DNA of 64,000 nucleotides from Minisyncoccota bacterium (lineage in GTDB: Bacteria; Patescibacteriota; Minisyncoccia; Phycocordibacterales; UBA9973), in contig JALOQM010000001.1 of the NCBI GenBank assembly GCA_025453495.1, positions 15,664 through 79,663 of the forward strand, read 5' to 3'. The notes under the pieces are model-generated. The model had not been told where the DNA came from. It saw nothing but the letters and a program-made list of their open reading frames with translations, and searched no databases. The position numbers were made by a program, and so were the translations under genes. Shown here piece by piece: positions 61,025 to 64,000 of the stretch. How positions within the stretch are numbered: position 1 is the first letter of the stretch; every line of letters begins with the position of its first letter.

Positions 61025-62671
61025 TCAATGGATAAAAATTTGTGTTGTACTCAAAGTACCATCTTCACAAACAACAATAAGGCAATACGCTCCAGAAGGT
61101 AGATCTCTACGATCAAGTGTCACAGTACCGTCTACTTGAGAGGTGATATGTCTCACTTCTCTACCATAGATATCGACAAGGGTAAGTGTAGTGAAATTTC
61201 CCAGAAGCTCTATATGGCACTCTGTGAAAAAAGGATTTGGATACACTTGGACGGGCGATACTCTAACATAAGAAGTAACTCCAGAAGATAGTAGTGAACA
61301 TTTTGCTTCATATGCGTCTGTTTGGCCATACGTAGAGACAGTACAAGAACCAAAATACGTGGGCACTGATGAAGAAATACCTCCGACATGATATGTCCCA
61401 TTTGAATCTACAGAAACACCACAAAGCCAATCTTCATCTATCCCACCTGTACTCATTGCAAAATATGGAGCACCGGTAGCATAAGCAAAAGAAGCAATAA
61501 ATCCGTCATACCAACCACTACTTCCGTATAGTTTTTGTCCAAACAAAAATTCTCGCTCAAAACCACCAACAACGATTGGATTTTGTGTATTTTCAAGCGC
61601 TATATCATAGGCTACCGAATTACCTTGCGGCACACTACCAAGAGCCGTTGCCCATAGACAATTACCACTACTATCATACGATGCTACAAAAGCATCTGCT
61701 GTTGATGCTGTAGAAAGTGTATTTGAGCCAAATACTGCAGTTCCAGAAAAATATCCAGCTATAAACATTCTTCCCGAATCAGAAATTACTACGCCACGGG
61801 CGGCATCACCAAAGCTAGTTCCTCCTGCGGCTCGTGCCCACTCGCAATTACCAAGAAGATCATATCGAGCAAGAAATATATCTGTATAGCCGATACTTTG
61901 TATAGTCTCTGTACCGAAACGTGCAGTATCTATCTGTATTGCACCAAAATTGAAATACCCTGTGATTACAATACAGCGATCATACGGATCACATGCAATA
62001 CCGTAGGCAACATCATCATGCACGCTGCCTCCTGATGAGGCAAATAAGAGACTTCCAGACGTATCGTAGCCAGCAATACATACATCACGGCTACCAACTG
62101 AGACAAGAGATAGTGAATCAAGTTGCAGGGTATCATAATACCCTCCTGCAACATAGGCATTGCCAACTGCATCACAAGCAACAGAAAAGAACTGCTCATT
62201 TCCCGCTCCTGTACTCTGTTTTGCCCAAAATATAAATCCAGACGCATCAAGACGTACAAGCAAACTATTTTGCGTTGCTGTATCAACGTTTGTAAGTGGT
62301 ATCATAGCGCCACAAAAAAGTAAGGGTGAATCAAACCATCCTACGACATAGAGCGATCCATCTTCTGCTACCACCACATCACGAATCTCTTCTTCTCCAG
62401 AACCACTAAACACGCGAAGCCATGCTGCGTTTCCGAAAGGATCACGTTTCAAGACAAAAGCATCTTTCTCTCCCATCGAAATCACTTGTCCGAATCCAAA
62501 ATCAACGACACCGGTAAAAAAACCGGCAGTATAGGAATTTCCAAGAGTATCAATCGCAACCGAGAGACACGCATCGCCAGTTGCTCCGCCTGCTGTTTTT
62601 GCCCATTGGCATTGTTGTGCGTGGAGCACGGGTGTGCCATAGAGACAGAGTATTAAAAGAACTTTTTTCAT
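61025..62671 (-). CDS. Secreted SBBP-repeat beta-propeller protein with T9SS type A C-terminal sorting domain
   Basis: Signal peptide ending HA-Q, about 7-8 propeller repeats, and C-terminus VYPNPF...L.DIYGREV...LD...LPSGAY. Confidence 0.85.
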   Translation of the reverse strand: MKKVLLILCLYGTPVLHAQQCQWAKTAGGATGDACLSVAIDTLGNSYTAGFFTGVVDFGFGQVISMGEKDAFVLKRDPFGNAAWLRVFSGSGEEEIRDVVVAEDGSLYVVGWFDSPLLFCGAMIPLTNVDTATQNSLLVRLDASGFIFWAKQSTGAGNEQFFSVACDAVGNAYVAGGYYDTLQLDSLSLVSVGSRDVCIAGYDTSGSLLFASSGGSVHDDVAYGIACDPYDRCIVITGYFNFGAIQIDTARFGTETIQSIGYTDIFLARYDLLGNCEWARAAGGTSFGDAARGVVISDSGRMFIAGYFSGTAVFGSNTLSTASTADAFVASYDSSGNCLWATALGSVPQGNSVAYDIALENTQNPIVVGGFEREFLFGQKLYGSSGWYDGFIASFAYATGAPYFAMSTGGIDEDWLCGVSVDSNGTYHVGGISSSVPTYFGSCTVSTYGQTDAYEAKCSLLSSGVTSYVRVSPVQVYPNPFFTECHIELLGNFTTLTLVDIYGREVRHITSQVDGTVTLDRRDLPSGAYCLIVVCEDGTLSTTQIFIH

Positions 62672-62787
62672 TGCTGTTCAGTTTAAGGTGAATAGTGTGA
62701 ATATGTATCTGAGAAAAAATATAACAAATACATACTCAAGAAAAAATAAAAGAACCCCATCCTGCGTCTGCAGAACGGGGTTCGGGT

Positions 62788-64000
62788 TTACTGAATCATA
62801 ACTTTTTTGCAATATCGAGCTTGGATGCTTGATACAGAAACAAGATATACTCCAGGTGTAAGGTTCTCACAATTGATTTCTGTCGAACCAAAGATTGCAA
62901 TAGACTTCAGTTCGCGACCAAACATGTCAGACATACTGATCTGATACTGAGCATTTTCAGGTAGCGTCACAACGACAGTACCTGAAAACAAATTCTGAGT
63001 AATCAATACATTAAGGGAATTCTCTTCGGGAATTGCAAGTGGCAAAGATACTGTCGCAAGGAAACCGTCAGCAAAAGCGTCGGCATTGGTAAGCGTCGTC
63101 GAACCAAACGTTGTTGATCCACCAGCATAACTGCCAATAATTTTAGCTTCTCCATTCATACCGGCACATATTGCTGTTGGTGATTCATCACCTGCACCAC
63201 CTGTCTGACAGGCAGAAACAACCGTGTTTGACCACGGTGCATACCTTGCTATGAATCCGTCTCTCAGACCAAAAGCAGTGTACGTAGTTTCTCCGATCAA
63301 CTGACTACCAGAAAAGGTGCCAGTCAGATACATATCACCATTTTGTCCCACACTAATACTTCCATCACTAGGTGAAACACCAGAACCGACAACCACAGCT
63401 ACTGCTCCAGTATTCGTACCTGTTATAAGGTTATATGTAGCAACACAATAAGAATACATACCAATATCCTGAATACCATACTGACCAAATACTATATTTC
63501 CTTGGTCAAATACTCCTACAATACTGAGATGGTTTCCTGACACGGCAATGCCTCGCGAGTAATCATACCCAACACTTCCTCCGCTTACAGCCCATACTTC
63601 TGTACCAGTTTGAGAAAACTTGACAATAAAGAAATTTTGTGTTCCTCGATTTACAAGTGATGCTGTAGCACAAACAAGAGAATCTGATTCAAATTGACCT
63701 TGTACGTACCAATTACCACTTGCGTCTACAGTAATACTTGTACCTGCTTCACGTAAGCTACTACCTCTTGCTTGGGCAAACACCACTGTTCCTGCAGTAT
63801 CAATACCGGCAATAAACATATCGCCATTATTTGTGGCATCAGAAAAAAAATAAGGACCGATCTGCAGAGTACTGTAGAATATACCAGTAACACCAAGCAT
63901 ACTGCCATGAGAGGCAATTGAAGTGATTATCTGGTCATTAACAGAACCGTAAGAATTTACCCAAACGACAGAAAGATCACTTGCGTGCACTTTTGCCACA
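62788..64000 (-). CDS. SBBP-repeat beta-propeller protein with T9SS-like C-terminal domain (partial; starts beyond the right edge)
   Basis: Same repeats; C-terminus DMFGREL...INCENLTPGVYLV...KKVMIQ. Confidence 0.82.
   Translation of the reverse strand, partial: VAKVHASDLSVVWVNSYGSVNDQIITSIASHGSMLGVTGIFYSTLQIGPYFFSDATNNGDMFIAGIDTAGTVVFAQARGSSLREAGTSITVDASGNWYVQGQFESDSLVCATASLVNRGTQNFFIVKFSQTGTEVWAVSGGSVGYDYSRGIAVSGNHLSIVGVFDQGNIVFGQYGIQDIGMYSYCVATYNLITGTNTGAVAVVVGSGVSPSDGSISVGQNGDMYLTGTFSGSQLIGETTYTAFGLRDGFIARYAPWSNTVVSACQTGGAGDESPTAICAGMNGEAKIIGSYAGGSTTFGSTTLTNADAFADGFLATVSLPLAIPEENSLNVLITQNLFSGTVVVTLPENAQYQISMSDMFGRELKSIAIFGSTEINCENLTPGVYLVSVSSIQARYCKKVMIQ

Overview
This 64-kb window comes from a bacterium that looks like Patescibacteria/CPR (Parcubacteria-like). 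That assignment is an inference from the unlinked, insertion-bearing 23S-5S locus, tRNA-Ile(UAU), divergent ribosomal proteins and largely Shine-Dalgarno-less starts. The genetic code is standard, since TGA ends folD. Left to right it contains: the start of the ATP synthase operon; an ~12-kb island beside tRNA-Ser (type I R-M with embedded cargo, a large serine recombinase and a HEPN-motif ORF); def remnant, htpX and lemA, secDF, folD and rodA; 5S and 23S rRNA without a linked 16S; rplL/rplJ; the spc-S10-str ribosomal protein clusters broken up by stand-alone accessory genes; tRNA-Ile(UAU), ftsH, smpB-tmRNA, pgk and tpiA; and SBBP beta-propeller proteins with T9SS-type C-terminal domains. The 23S gene has three insertions: an ORF-less group I intron at L2593, a helix-28 expansion, and a helix-45 intervening sequence. 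The most striking observation is that the helix-45 intervening sequence, closed by a perfect 22-bp stem, contains a Leu-type class II tRNA cloverleaf with UCA in a shortened anticodon loop. Next come Bacteroidota-style T9SS cargo proteins in a lineage not known to have T9SS, and an orphan trpL-like small ORF. All calls were made by eye from the sequence and the ORF track; no searches were run.
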